From the NCBI RefSeq assembly GCF_006345805.1, contig NC_042997.1:60698001-60762000 (forward strand): a stretch of DNA of 64,000 nt, given 5' to 3'. How positions within the stretch are numbered: the stretch's first letter is position 1; every line of letters begins with the position of its first letter. Source of the stretch: Octopus sinensis. Its lineage: Eukaryota. The translations under genes and the position numbers were made by a program. The notes below the pieces were generated by a model, which saw nothing but the letters and a program-made list of their open reading frames with translations, had not been told where the DNA came from and did not search any database. Of the stretch, positions 12,580-25,837 are shown piece after piece.

Positions 12580-13165
12580 CTGTATCTTTTCTTCTTAGGA
12601 TCTACTTTTGGGAATTCAGTGTTCTTTCTTTTCCTTGTACGTGTGGTTTCTACTTCTTGTAATGGTGTCAGAACACAAAAAGTGTCATATACCCAATTAA
12701 TTGGTATTTCTACTCTTGTTGTTACCTTTTTTTTGACTCTTTCCTTAAGCTGATTTCTATATCCCTTTCCATTCCATTTCTGCTTCTTACACCAAACATC
12801 ATTCTTCCTATGTATGTTACAATTTTACCTTTTGCCCAGTATTACTTGCCATTTTTGTACATTCTTTACACTTAACGTTTTCATAAGCTTGGTCAAGGCC
12901 TCTGCCATGAAAAGACTTTTCATGTCTTTGATGAAATAGGTTTTCTGTTTGACTTAAGCTAAGTGTATCATCTCCGTTTCCTCTTCAACCTTATCACTTA
13001 TTCTAAAGAATTTTGGTATGTCTCTACTAGCACGTATTTTTTCTTCACTGGTAATAGTTTATCAAATACTGACTTCTCCTTACTGGTAAACATTAATTCT
13101 GCTGGTGAACTTCCTTCTGGTACATTTGGGTTTGGAGTTACCCTGTATACCCTTAAGAATTGTTA
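12580..13165 (-). mobile_element. Gypsy/Ty3 LTR retrotransposon integrase C-terminal remnant, interrupted by the 12870-12992 inverted arm
   Basis: The minus strand gives QFLRVYRVTPNPNVPEGSSPAELMF...SVFDKLLP (YRxTP...SPAELM motif). It resumes after the insert as MYKNGK*YWAKGKIV...IGRMM and ends ...VDPKKKRY. Confidence 0.75.
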
Positions 13166-13169
13166 GATC

Positions 13170-13350
13170 ATCAAATACCATTAACAACTTTTTGAGTTAT
13201 TTTACACACAGACGGACAGATGGACAAACCAACGCTGATGAAAACATAACCTCTTTCCTTGGCAAAGGTAAAAATCGCTGAAAACAATTGCAGTAATGAA
13301 AACATAGGAATCTAAAATTTCAGGATTGTAGGTTCGGATTCGGCCTGGAA
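13170..13350 (-). mobile_element. Non-autonomous Helentron/DINE-like fragment
   Basis: cagacggacagatggacaaaccaacgctgatgaaaacataacctc...ccttggcaaaggtaa resembles the GACA-repeat plus 'aaaacataacctccttggcggaggtaa' terminus of Helentron-associated elements. Confidence 0.45.
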
Positions 13351-13550
13351 TGTTTTTAATTTACTCACAGAGTCAGCCTGATTCCAAAATGGTATATGTT
13401 TGGCTACAGCCTCAATGAGTAAAGTCGAATAAGTGTGACAAACTGACATACTAACATTCACATTTATTATATTAGATACATTTAATTTTGGGGAAACTGT
13501 ATTTCAATTAAAGTGTATTTTGTATGTGTGTGTGTACACACACACACATA

Positions 13551-14807
13551 CAGGGGTTGGACAAAATAATGGAAACAGCTTAACATTTCAAACAAATTTA
13601 TTTTAATATGGGGTAGGACTGCCTTTGGCAGTAATTACAGCTTGAATTCTACAAAGTATGGACTTGTACAAAGTTTGAATTGTTTCCAAAGGAATTTTTG
13701 TTCATTCTTCAGCTGTCTCCAGTTCTTGTAGTGATGATGGTGGAGGATATTGACTACTTACTTGTTTTTCTAAAATGCACCATAAATGTTCAATGATATT
13801 GAGATCTGTGGACTATGGTGGCCAGATAAGATGTTCAACTTCACTAGAATGTTCCTCGTGCCATTCAGTAACAACTTTAGCTGTGAGAGTTGGCGCATAA
13901 TCATCCTGAAGGATTGCTTTTCCCTCCAGAAACAGTTCCGCAACCATAGGATGAATTTGATCAGATTAAATGCTTAAATAGTCTTGACTATTAATTCTGC
14001 CATGAAGGGAAACCATTGGGCCAGAGGATTTGCAAGATATAAATCCCCAGATCATCACAGGTCCTCCTCCATGTTTAACAGTTGGAAGAAGACAGTCTGG
14101 GTCAAATGCTTCTTTTGGCTGTCTCTACATGTATACTCAGCCGATGGTTGGAAATAAGGTAAAGGATGACTAGTCTGAGAAAATAACATCCTTCTACTGC
14201 TCTAGGGACCAATTCTTAAGTTTTTTACTCCATTCTAAATGATTTGCAATGTTTGTTTTTGAAAGTGGTAGTTTTCTGATTGCAGCCCTCCCATGAAATC
14301 TGGCTTTGTGCAGCTCCTGGTAAACAGTTTTTGTGAAACTGGCTTCTTGAGGTGGTCATTAAGCTCTGCAGTAATTCTGGGAGCTGTACTTTTGTGATCC
14401 TTTCTAACAATTCACGTAAGAGTCCGATGGTCCCTACCTGAAAGTTTTGGTTTTCTTCCAGAGTTTTGTTTCGACGAGGAGGTTTTTCCCTCTTTCTCAA
14501 AGGCTTTCATTACTTTCGAGACAGTACTTCTTGATACACCAAACATTTCGAATCTTTTTGTTACAGAAGCGCCTGCCATACGAGCACCCACAATTTGACC
14601 TCTTTGAAAGCCTGATAGATCTGTCATTTTAATGAATTTTAATTACCTTTTTTCTGATGATATCTGAAAAGAAACAGCAATTTTCGCAAAACATATTAAA
14701 CAACACTAATAATAAATCAAGAAACATAAAAATAAATAAACTTTTGATGGTTTTATAGTTATTTCAAAATTATGATGCTAGGTGTTTCCATTATTTTGTC
14801 CAACCCC

Positions 14808-14809
<2 letters not shown>
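13551..14809 (-). mobile_element. Full-length, degenerate Tc1/mariner transposon (DD36E, Incomer-like) with perfect 27-bp TIRs
   Basis: TIR caggggttggacaaaataatggaaaca (13551-13577) has its exact reverse complement at 14783-14809; TA lies at the left flank. Minus-strand transposase reads MTDLSGFQRGQIVGARMAGASV...SGRKPKLS...WPP*STDLNIIEH, with stops and frameshifts. Confidence 0.95.
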
Positions 14810-14842
<33 letters not shown>

Positions 14843-14895
14843 ATGTATGTATGTATGTATGTATGTATGTATGTATGTATGTATGCATGTATGTA
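14810..14895. repeat. (CTGT)n(ATGT)n microsatellite
   Basis: Seen directly. Confidence 0.95.
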
Positions 14896-15777
14896 AGAAA
14901 GCTAAAAATAAAAACAAATGATAGGGTTCAGTATATGGTTCAGCATGCTGGCCACCGGAATTTCTGTCCAGGAAAGTTGTACATCATCTCCCTCTTTCTC
15001 TCACATACCCATTCTCTCTATCTTATTATTACTCCCATTACTACCATCAACACTACTACTTTTAATAAAACATCATCAACTCTCCCTAAATATATATAAA
15101 TTGCATGTTCAAATACCTCTACAACATCATTTGCTATTTGTGTGTGATATAAACCATTCAGAAATTTTCATCAATTTTTTCTTACACATTTGTTGTCATT
15201 AACAGTGTGTGCTTTTATTTTGTTTTCAAGCCTCTTTCAGTTGCTGACTACGTTTTGAGTTGAAACATTTTATGTGGTAGAATTTGCTTATTACCACATA
15301 TGCTTCATTGTCTATTTTCAGTTGATATTAATTTAAAAAAAAATATTAAATGCATGTTCTGTTAAAACTTCTTGGCAATATTTCATCTTATAGCAGTCTG
15401 CTTTAAATTTTAAATTTTCAACTGTTGCATGCTTTGCTGGCATTCAATAGAGAATTTATATTTCATTGCTTTAATGACAGTAAATATACATTTAATGGTT
15501 TTCTTTTCAACATAACTAATAATAAGATTGTGTTACTATTAAATATTTATACATTGGCTTGCCTCACTTCTCTCTCATTTTGTATTTAACTGTATTTGAT
15601 TATATATTATCTATAAACAAACAATACCCTTCTTTTGTTCTGTTTGCCTCAAAATGTGACAATAATGTGAATGAGATGGGCTTAATTCTTCACCACACGT
15701 AAACGTAGATCAGATAATGGTATTTACAATGATATTGTGTTTAGCAACGAATACAAAGTGTATTAAAAATACATTGA

Positions 15778-15837
<60 letters not shown>

Positions 15838-16229
15838 TCAAATTTATTGGCAGTATTTAGGTAGTAATTTTTCATTTCTTTATAATGCACATTCTTTTAA
15901 AATAATTGCATTTCATCTTATAGATCTATTTTATGTTTTTTACTGTTGACTTTTCAGCTTTCTTCATTTTGTATGCCTTGCCAGCATTCTTCCCACATGC
16001 ATACCATATGTGTACTTGTGTATATACACTATAGGAATGATTCAATAATATCAAATAAATGTGAAGCATGCTATCTTAAAGATAGTATGTTTGCAATAAT
16101 CTAAGAATGTAGGGTCAAAATGTCAAAGACATTTCCATTTTCACTGAGTGTCAAACTAATACATCTTGTTTGTTATTCCCTCACCTGTCTCTGTCTTGTT
16201 TTTTTTTGTTTTTCTTTTGTACATCTGAA

Positions 16230-16270
<41 letters not shown>

Positions 16271-16644
16271 CATATATACACATATCTTTATACAAATTCA
16301 CACATATATAAATGAATAGAAAATGGAGATGTACAACTGTCAATTCAAAAATTAAAATTTAACATAATATTATATTATATTATATTATATTATATTCTTA
16401 TAATAATATAATATAATCTAATACATGATAAATATTAAATACAAACTACATGCAATTGTTTTGATTCTGACCCATAATAAAATTATAAAAATCCATTGTT
16501 TGTGGGTAAGAATCTCTTCAGCGTAATTTTTGATATATGAGGATTCACAGATCCAAGAAAAGACTGAATTTAAATACATTTATGTTTTCAGGCAGATTGG
16601 AATTAATTTTATATATATATATATTTATATGTATATATATATGT

Positions 16645-16985
16645 GAAGGCGCATGGCTCAGTGGTTAGAGCGTCGAGCTTACAATTGTGAGGTTGTGAGT
16701 TTGAATCCCGAATCGGGCTGCGTGTTGTGTTCTTGAGCAAGACACTTTATTTCACGTTGCTCCAGTTCACTCAACTGTAGAAATGAGTTACGACGTCACA
16801 GGTACCAAGCTGTATCAGCCTTTGCCTTTCCCTTGGATAACACTGGTGGTGTGGAGAGGGGAGGGTGGTATACATGGGCGACTGCTGGTCTTCCATAAAA
16901 AAAAAAACCTTGCCCGGACTTGTGCCTGGGAGGGTAACTTTCTAGGTGCAACTCTATGGTCAGTCATGACCAAAGGAGGTCTCAG
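16645..16985 (+). mobile_element. Third tRNA-derived SINE family (family C)
   Basis: A-box TGGCTCAGTGG, B-box GTTTGAATCCC, then a core cttgagcaagacactt. Flanked by (TA)n. Decayed copy at about 29735-29850. Confidence 0.85.
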
Positions 16986-17289
16986 CATATGTATATATAT
17001 ATTTATTAATATCGACCAGACCATTGTGCACTGCTGGTCACAATGCACTTCCAGTTCTGTCTTGATTGCATCTTTCTTTTCTATCTAGACCCAAATCGCT
17101 TAACTAAATTGTCTTTCAAGATTTCTCGGATACCACTTAGAAACTGTGTGGGCTCACTTGTTGTCTCTGAGTTTTTTGCAACATGTCTGACTCAGCAGAA
17201 CTTGTGTTTTCAATTTTCTGCAATCACATCTGTTCTTGAATTATCTCATTTTGTAATGATATTCCTAGCATAGATCTTTCCATGGCCCT

Positions 17290-18025
17290 TTGTGTCATAG
17301 CCAATTAATGTTCTACCCTCTTTGTTTCACTCATGTATAAGAGTGCAGGTAGGATAGTGCTATTAAAAAGTCTGGCATGTATGATATTGTCTATCTTTGT
17401 TTTAACCACATCCTTTGCTGTGGTAAATGCTTTCCATCCTGCCCTTGTTCTCTATGAGATTTCATCATCCATATCTTGGCACATATTCACAGTGCACTCT
17501 AAGTAGATGTACTCCTTTCCCTCTTCAATTTTATAATTTCCCACCTCTATTTGGTCTTGTGTTGTATTTTCTGATAACATATTTTGCTTCCATGCAGTTA
17601 ATTTTAAGGCCTACTGCTAAGCTCAATCCTGCTCTGTCAGCATGGTCTGTGGTTTCAGCAATGAGTACAATGTCATCTGTGAATCAGAGGTGTGTTAGTT
17701 ACTCACCATTGATGTTCATGCCAGCTGCCCAGTCGGTGTCTCCGATGACCATTTCTAGACATGCAATAAAGAGCTTTGGAGAGATGGTAGCTTCTTGATT
17801 GAGATCCTTCCCAATTATAACCCTAACTGGTGGTAACAGCAGAGCTTTATTAGTTGTGCATCTAGAGTCAGCATCTCTGAGCAGTTTGAAGTATTGTACC
17901 TTGATACCTTGCATTTCTAGGGATTTCAACACTGCATTCATCTTGACGTTATGAAAGGACATTTTGTAATCAACAAAAGTGATACACAGAGGAAGCTTGT
18001 ATTCATTTGGTCCTTCTATGAGCTG
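17290..18025 (-). mobile_element. Decayed RTE-clade LINE reverse transcriptase fragment
   Basis: The minus strand gives PLCITFVDYK..., EATISPKLFIACLE and INGE*LTHL*FTDDIVL, which are RTE RT motifs. Confidence 0.8.
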
Positions 18026-18157
18026 TGTGTGGGTATGGGTATATATATATATATCTGCTCATACCATTATTACAATCAATATGTATCCACACTTATTGTT
18101 GTATGTTAGTCAAAATTAAAATGGAGAATAATGGAAATAATATTTACAGCGTTATTG

Positions 18158-18344
18158 TATAACAAAATAGGAAAGTGGAAATTTATTTTTCGCATTATCT
18201 AGCAAAAATAATTTTCTCTGTCTGACAAATTTCTAATAGGAAATTACTTATGTCTATCTAATATGTAAATCTTTGTAATTCCTATTAACAACTGAAACGC
18301 ATGGAGAATAAATAATACCAAAAAAATTTCTACTTTCCTGTTTT

Positions 18345-18353
<9 letters not shown>
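18158..18353. repeat. Diverged inverted repeat/hairpin
   Basis: tataacaaaataggaaagtggaaattt pairs with aaatttctactttcctgtttttgttttata; inner taataggaaattac pairs with gtaattcctatta. Confidence 0.6.
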
Positions 18354-18383
<30 letters not shown>

Positions 18384-18887
18384 TGCTTGAATATATATAT
18401 TTATAATTATTGTGAGTATGCAGAACAATGGTAAAAAAAAAGAAAAACTATGATATGTTTGTTCATTTTTAACATGTTCTAGTTTACTAGGACATGAATA
18501 TGGCATTTACCATTAGGTTTTATCTTTGGAGAATAACTTCTCTCATTAGATGATAAGTGTTGACAGCACACATTATTCAGTGATGTAGGGAATTCTTTAT
18601 CTAAACAAGAACAGGTGTTCTTATTTATATAATTCAGAAAATGAAATTCACTGATGTGTGCTAATGTCTTTCAAGCTGATATTAAATTCTTGTGATGAGC
18701 AAACAAAACAGTGAATAGCATATTTGATTTAACTCTGTTAGAATATGTTAAGAATCTATGTACACACTATTACACACACACATACACACACACACATGCA
18801 CATATATATATGCATATATACATACATAGCTATGCATATATATATGTACTTATATACATACATATGCATATATATACATATATATGT

Positions 18888-18921
<34 letters not shown>

Positions 18922-18922
<1 letters not shown>

Positions 18923-20345
18923 ATGTTCGTCCTTCGGGTTTGAAGATGACCATTGACATCATTTGGTGGAATTGCTGCTATGAGACCTGAGGTGGCTGGT
19001 GAGGCCAATCCGGGCAAGAAAGCCCCTCCCACAGGTGGGGCAGAAGTGGGTAGGGGCTGTGCTATTGGTGCAGGTGCTCTGGCTTTCCGCATCTGGCGTT
19101 TCTGTTCTGCTGACTGAATCCGTCTCTCCTCGGCTGTCTTTGCTCCTGTGGTGATTGCGCTGCGCCAGGATGAGCGGTCGGCAGCAAGTGTCTCCCAAGT
19201 CTCTGTGCCAATGGAGAAGTCTTTGAGAGAGACTTTGAGACTGTCCTTGAAGCGCTTCTTCTGCCCTCCGACTTTGCGTTTGCCCTGGCTGAGTTCACCG
19301 TAGAAGAGCTGTTTTGGGATGTGAGTGTCGGACATGCAGGAGACGTGGCCTGCCCATCTCAGCTGGGCCTTGCGCATGATTGTGATGGTGCTAGGGAGAT
19401 CTGCCTGCTTCAGAACTTCCGTGTCTGGGACTTTGTTCTGCCAGCGGATGTGAAGGAGGTTCCGAAGATACCTGAGGTGGAAGTGGTTTATCTGGCGCTC
19501 GTGCCTTCGGTAAGCAGTCCACGTCTCGCAGCCATACAGTAGGGTGGTAAGCACGACTGCCCAGTAGACTTTCAGCTTGGTGTTGAGGCTGATTCCTCTC
19601 CGCTCCCAGACTTTCTTTCGCAGTCTCCCAAATGCGCTGCTTGCCTTGGATATTCTGTTGATGATTTCAGCATCTATGTTGGCATTGCAGGAGAGAGTGC
19701 TGCCCAGGTAGGTGAAGTTTTCCACCGCTCATAGGATCCGTCCGTTCACCTTTATCTGAGGCCCATGGTATTGTTTGCCGGAGGCTGGCTGAAACATCAC
19801 TTCGGTTTTTTTGGCACTGATGGTGAGACCGAAGTTGTCACAGGCTGATGAGAACCTGTCCATCCCGAGCTGCATCTCCTGCTCATCGATTGCGTTAAGG
19901 GCAAAGAGAAAGTCTCTGACGACTGTCTCCCTCACCTTTGTGATGGCCTGCAATCTTCTGGAGTTGAAAAATTTCCTGTCCGTCCTGTACTTGATGTCGA
20001 TACCGGACTTGCAATCCCTGAAGGCGTCGGACAGCATTGCCAAGAACATGATGCTGAACAGTGTTGGGGCCAGGACACAGCCCTGCCTGACTCCATTGGT
20101 CACCTGGAAGACTTCAGATGAGTTGCTGTCTTCAAGGACTCTGGCTGTCATTCCGTCGTGGAACTGGCAGACAATTGCAATAAATTTGCTGGAGCAACCA
20201 AATTTTCCCATGACCTTCCAGAGTCCCTCCCGACTGACTGTATCGAAAGCTCTGGTGAGGTCAACAAAGGTCATGCAGAGGTCAAGGTGCTGCTCCATGC
20301 ATTTCTCCTGGAGCTGGCGGGCGGCGAATATCATGTCAGTGGTTC
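18922..20345 (-). mobile_element. 5'-truncated RTE/BovB-like LINE (RT + C-terminal C2H2 finger)
   Basis: ORFs 19729-20334 and 18850-19725 contain MIFAARQLQEKC, FVDLTRAFDTV, GVRQGCVLAPTLF, FTYLGS, LLYGCETW and QLRWAGHV. A shifted frame gives CPTCGRGFLARIGLTSHLRSH. The 3' end abuts (TA)n. Confidence 0.93.
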
Positions 20346-20349
20346 ACTC

Positions 20350-20725
20350 GTTAGACTGTGCCCATGCTGGGGCAGAATTTTAGTTGAATGTAATCAACCC
20401 CAGTACTTATGTTTTAAACCTTGTACTTATTATATTGGTTTCTTTTGCCAAAGCGCTAAGTTACAGGGATCCAAACACACTAACACTAGCTGTCAAGCAG
20501 TAGTGGAGGACAAACACAGACACAAAGAAGCACACACACACACACACACATACATGCACACAACAGGCTTCTTTCAGTTTCCATCTTCAAAATCTACCCA
20601 CAATGCTTTGGTTGGTCTGAGGCTATAGCTGAAGTCACTTGCCCAAGGTGCCACACAGTGAGACTGAACCCTGAATTATGTGGCTGAGAAGCAAGCTTCT
20701 TACCACTCAGCTATGCCTGCACCTC
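20350..20725 (-). mobile_element. SINE family A
   Basis: Reverse complement of the family A sequence; abuts the 5' truncation point of the RTE. Confidence 0.85.
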
Positions 20726-20729
20726 CTTC

Positions 20730-20799
<70 letters not shown>

Positions 20800-20800
<1 letters not shown>

Positions 20801-22440
20801 TGTATTCAGAGTACAAGTAGGGGGTCCACCAAGGCTCAGTCCTCAAGCCCCTCTTGTTCATCATAGTCCTCCAGGCAATAACACCGGAATTTAAGACAGG
20901 TTGCCCCTGGGAACTCCACTATGCCGATGGCCTTGCTGTTATAACTGAATTACTACTGGAACTGGAGAAGAAATTTCAGGGGAGGAAACAAGGTCTAGAA
21001 TCAAACAGCCTTAGAGTTAATCTAGCAAAGACCAAAGTCTTAGTAAGTAGGAAAGCAAACAAATCACAGATCTTTTTAGGTAGATGGCCCTGCTTAATCT
21101 GTGGAAAAGGTATAGGTAGTAACTCCATAAGATGTACCCAGTGTAAGCTATAGACACATAAGAGGTGCAGTATATTCAGAGGAACAGATATTTTCTGTAT
21201 ATTTATAGTATTTGTTGTACCTGTGCCCCGGTACTACAAATACTACAGGTACAACAAATACTACAAATGTACAGAAAATAGACTTCATCAAATGCCAGTG
21301 GGGTAAACTAGAAGTAGTTGATAGCTTCTGTTATCTATATAACCAAGTTAGTGGTGGAGGTGGATGCTCTGAGAGTGTAGCTGCAAGAATAAGAATAGGC
21401 TGGGCAAAGTTCAGAGAGCTCCTACCTCTGTTGGTAACAAAGGGCTTCTCCCTCAAAGTGAAAGGCAGATTGCATGATGCCTGAGTGTGAACAGTCATGC
21501 TACTTGGCAGTGAAACATGGGCTATGATTGTCGAGGACATGTGTAGGCTTGAAAGAAATGAAGTTAGTATGATTCGCTGGATGTTCAATGTCAGCGTACA
21601 TGTACAACAAAGTACAAGAGTCTTGAGAGTAAAGTTGGGCATGAGGCATCAGATGTGGTGTGCAAGAGAGAGACAACTGTGTCGGCATGGTCATTTGATG
21701 AAGATGAATGTGGACAGCTGTTTGAAGAAGTGCCAATCTGTAACAGTGGAGGGAAGCTGTGGAAGAGGGTGACCCAGAAAGGCATGGAATGAGATGGTGA
21801 AGCATGATCTTTTAACTTTGGGCGTCGCAGAGGCAATGACTAGTTTCTGAGATCTTTGGTGATATGCTGTGCTTGAGAAGGCCCGTCAATCCAAGTGAAT
21901 TCCTTGTCATAGCTGTTATCAGTGTCATGTAACTGGCAGCCATGTTGGTGGTATATAAGAAGCACATTTTGAGCATTGGGCCTCACGGAGGCAATGTGGT
22001 CAATGCCGGTGTCACATAAAAAGCATCTTTTGAGCGTTGGGCTTCATGGAAGCAATGACAGATGACCGAGACCTTAGGCAATGTGTTGTGCTTGAGAAGA
22101 AGATCCATCAAGCCAAGTGAAATCATAGTTATGGCAGATACTGATGTCACACAACTGCTACCCATGCTAGTAGCACGTAAAAGCACCCATTACACTCTTG
22201 GAGGGGTTGGTATTAGGAAGAGCATCCAACCATAAAAACTATGCCAAATCAGAGTGGAGTCTAGAACAGCCTCTCAGCTCACCAGCCCTGGTCAAACCGT
22301 CTATCCCATGCTAGCATGAACAACAGTTGTTAAGGGCATCCAGCCACAGAAACTATACCAAAACAGATAATGAAGCCTAGTGTGCCCCCCCCCCCCCCCG
22401 GCATTACCAGCTTCTGTTAAACCATCCAACCATTGCCAGT
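20800..22440 (+). mobile_element. Decayed RTE-like LINE 3' half with long 3' UTR; source of the (GAT)n-tailed repeats
   Basis: VHQGSVL..LLFIIVL, PWELHYADGL, LRVNLAKTKV, CLICGKGIGSNSIRCTQC, VVDSFCYL, GWAKFRELLP, LGSETW. The 3' UTR carries repeated ...cacgtaaaagcac units and cccatgctagcatg. Confidence 0.85.
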
Positions 22441-22501
22441 GAGCATTAAACTGATACATCTGTTTGTTGTTTACACACCCGTCTTCGTCTTTTGTACATT
22501 C

Positions 22502-22550
<49 letters not shown>

Positions 22551-22702
22551 AAATCAAATTGCGATAAAATAAAAATAATTATAATCGCTGGTATTTCTAA
22601 CACAAGCCATATATTTTCCATATATCAGTACATTAAGGCGAAATATGTGCTAGGAACACAGAAGCTAGATAAATTTAGTGAAATGAAGATAAAAACATTT
22701 AC

Positions 22703-22741
<39 letters not shown>

Positions 22742-23539
22742 TAATTGCTAGCAAGTACACAGTATTTTGTTTTGCAACCATAATATACTACCAAATATAT
22801 TAAAGATATACAAGTCAATATTACTTTTGTGTTAGCAGTATGATATTCTCATTGTTTTAAAGTGTATTTCTACAGCTTTTTTTGTAGAATTCAGAGCCAC
22901 CACTGAAAGTTATGATGTTTCATGTACAAATTCTTCTATGTAAACAATGCGATGGACGATAGAAAAAATTGGTAAGGGGTGTATGTGTATATTTCAAGAG
23001 TTATTGCTCTTTCATTAGCACCACATCCACCCCATTAACTATCTATAATCGCATTGCTTAAATAGCCAAACACTATTGGATATTCATATATATAAAAGCA
23101 TATATATACATACATGTCCACATACTTGCATATTTGTACCTGCATGCATATGTACATATGCATGAATGCAAGTAATTTATTCATTATTAATTTATCTATA
23201 TGGCTTTATATTTTCTTCTCATCTTATTTATTATTGATGCAAGTGATTATGTATACATATCTGCACATGATGATGTAAGTGTAACATGGTTCTACTTGCT
23301 TGTTTTCCTTTCTGTGTCAGTTGACACTATATTCTCCATTGATTATTACACCAATTGACGTAATTTTCCATCAAAAATTCATTAGTTCATTTTAATTTTC
23401 TTGTCTCACACTGTATTTCGTGAAAATTTTGTTTGAATATATGGAATTGCACAGAGATGTTTGGAAATGAATTATACAACACCTACAAATTTAAAGCATC
23501 AATTAATAATGAAGCTTATAAAGAATGAAAGTATAGTCT

Positions 23540-23980
23540 TTTTGCTAAAGTTAACAATTCCATTTCCATTCACCTTTTATGATCCATTGCTTGCCTCTCC
23601 TGCATATGAAAGCTATTTTCCATTTCAGCCCATGCTGTGATCCTCTTAGGTGTTCATAGTTTACATTGAGTATACCATATGGAATTCTTAGCTACTTCTT
23701 TTCTCCATGTGAAACATTACTATTTTCCCCAATGGTAATAGAGTCCTATCTTCTTACCTGCTAACTAAAACTTGAAACTTTCCTAGGTTGACTTTGAGGG
23801 CTCCTACTTGTGGGATTTTCTTCCAAGTTATCTTCAGACCTCTTAATCCTAGGATTTTCTTCCAAGTTGTCCCTGAAGCCTCTCAATTCTAGGTTCCACT
23901 TCCAAGTTTGGTATTACCTCTCTAAATCTATGACAGTGTACTTCTCTTTCCTATGCATCATATATCAAAGCTTTTCAAAC
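23540..23980 (-). mobile_element. Highly decayed RTE-like fragment with internal short tandem duplication
   Basis: The reverse strand resembles the LKVNL.K region of the 20800 element; gggattttcttccaagtt is duplicated at about 23810-23870. Confidence 0.4.
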
Positions 23981-24658
23981 CAATAAAACAAGGCATCTGT
24001 GTAGTATCTTAACCCACTTGAAATAACAAGCAAATATCCCTCAAATTACACCCTACCATCTTGTAACTGAACAAGTTAAAGGATGTAGTCCTAGATACAC
24101 TGAAATAAAGATGGTATGACCATAGATAAAACAAATGCCTTAGAGCATAGTCTGATCCACCAGAGCTCATCTGGGTCTAAATAATGACAATAACTGAAGC
24201 TTCATGTAAAATAGAACATTTTCATCATTATTACTATTATCACAATTATTTTAAATATAATTTTTATCAGTTTTAATTGTATAATCACTGTTATTTTAAA
24301 CATTAAAATAATCACTTATTTTAAAAATTATCATTATAATCTTATATTTTACATTTCTAATGTCATTTGAATCTGTGTGTATATGTGATTGAATAATGAG
24401 TCTACATTAATACTTATACTAATATTCAGTTGGAACACGCTGTTCAGTGAATACATTTAAAACTTGAAATAAATTGTGTGCTACTATCTCTAAACAATAA
24501 AGAAAGAAATTCAAATTTAAAGTACAGCACTTGAGATTTAGCTTAAGATATAAGATGAACTTTTTAACAGACACTCACACACATATCTATATAAATGTAT
24601 GTTTGATAAATACATATCTATACATAAATAAAAACATTAACTGAGAAATCATTCAATA

Positions 24659-25028
24659 TGCAGGAGTGTGGTAAGTAGCTTGTTTACCAGCCACATGGTT
24701 CCAGGTTCATTCCCACTGTGTGGCACCTTGGGCAAGTGTCTTCTACTATAGCCTTGGGCTGACCAAAGCCTTGTGAGTGGATTTGGTAGACGGAAACTGA
24801 AAGAAGCCCGTTGTATATATGTATATGTATGTGTGTGTATATGCTTGTGTGTCTGTGTTTGTCTCCCCAACATCGCTTCACAACCGATGCTGGTGTGTTT
24901 ATGTCCCCGTAACTTAGCGGTTCAGCAAAAGAGACCGATAGAATAAGTACTAGTCCTGGGGTTTATTTGTTCGACTAAAGGCGGTGTTCCAGCATGACTG
25001 CAGTCAAATTACTGAAACAAGTAAAAGA
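24659..25028 (+). mobile_element. SINE family A, near full length
   Basis: High similarity to 27566-27972, including the ggcggtgttccagcatgactgcagtcaaattactgaaacaagtaaaag tail. Confidence 0.9.
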
Positions 25029-25165
25029 GGAGTGTTAAATTTTGTTTTTACTAAAAGTTTGACAGTAAGCTCTAAGTTATATACTAAAAATTGGTATGTG
25101 GGTGGTGTACAAAATTAAACTGTGGGTAGGATTGACAGTTAAAGTTTGATGTTGTACTGATTACC

Positions 25166-25788
25166 TTTTATCTTTTACTTGTTCCAGTCATTAGACTGTA
25201 GCCATGCACTGCCTTGAAGAATTTTAATCAAACTTATGCCCCTCATCCACCAGTACTTAATTTTTGTAAAGCCACGTAGTTATTCTATCAGTCTCTTTTG
25301 CCAAACCACTAAGTTATGGGGATGTAAACACACCAACAGTGGTTGTCAAGTGGTGGTGGGAGACAAACACATACACAAAAACATACATAGATACGTATTC
25401 TTTTACTCTTTTACTTGTTTCAATCATTTGATTGTGGTCATGCTGGAGCACCACCTTTAGTCAAACAAATTGACCCCAGGACTTATTCTTTGTAAGCCTA
25501 GTACTTATTTTATCGGTCTCTTTTGCCGAACCTCTAAGTTACGGGGACCTAAACACACCAGCATTGGTTGCCAAGCGATGTTGGGGAGACAAACACAGAT
25601 ACACAAACACACACACACATATACATTTGGCTTCTTCCAGTTTCCATCTACCAAATCCACTCACAAGGCTTTGGTGGGCTCAAGGCTATAGTAGAAGACA
25701 CTTGCCCAAAGTGCCACGAAGTGGGACTGAACCAGGAACCATGTGGTTGGTAAGCAAGCTACTTACCACACAGCCACTCTTGCGCCTA
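25166..25788 (-). mobile_element. Two tandem SINE family A copies (partial 25166-25385; near-complete 25399-25788)
   Basis: Reverse complement of family A, head to tail. Confidence 0.88.
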
Positions 25789-25837
25789 TATTGTCAGAAA
25801 ATCATAAATCTGAAAGAAAAGCTCACTCTAAGTTACA

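Larger units (their letters stand above)
11598..12992. repeat. Inverted repeat: arms 11598-11720 and 12870-12992 (about 123 bp)
   Basis: aaggttgaaggggaaacggagatgatacac...aaacgttaagt is the reverse complement of acttaacgttt...ctccgtttcctcttcaacctt. Confidence 0.95.

Noticed and set aside
13235-13245. CTGATGAAAAC as a hammerhead core
   Set aside because: There is no stem II between CTGATGA and a GAAA; it belongs to the Helentron-like terminus.
16645-16725. tRNA gene
   Set aside because: A and B boxes are present, but the sequence continues into a SINE core and has no proper acceptor stem; it is a SINE head.
19811-20628. Plus-strand ORFs of 190 and 156 aa (likewise 893-1318, 2459-2740 and 3358-3729 on minus)
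   Set aside because: They are antisense shadows of LINE RT coding sequence.
21900-22440. CRISPR-like repeat/spacer pattern (...cacgtaaaagcac units)
   Set aside because: The context is eukaryotic, the units are irregular and degenerate within an RTE 3' UTR, and there are no cas genes.
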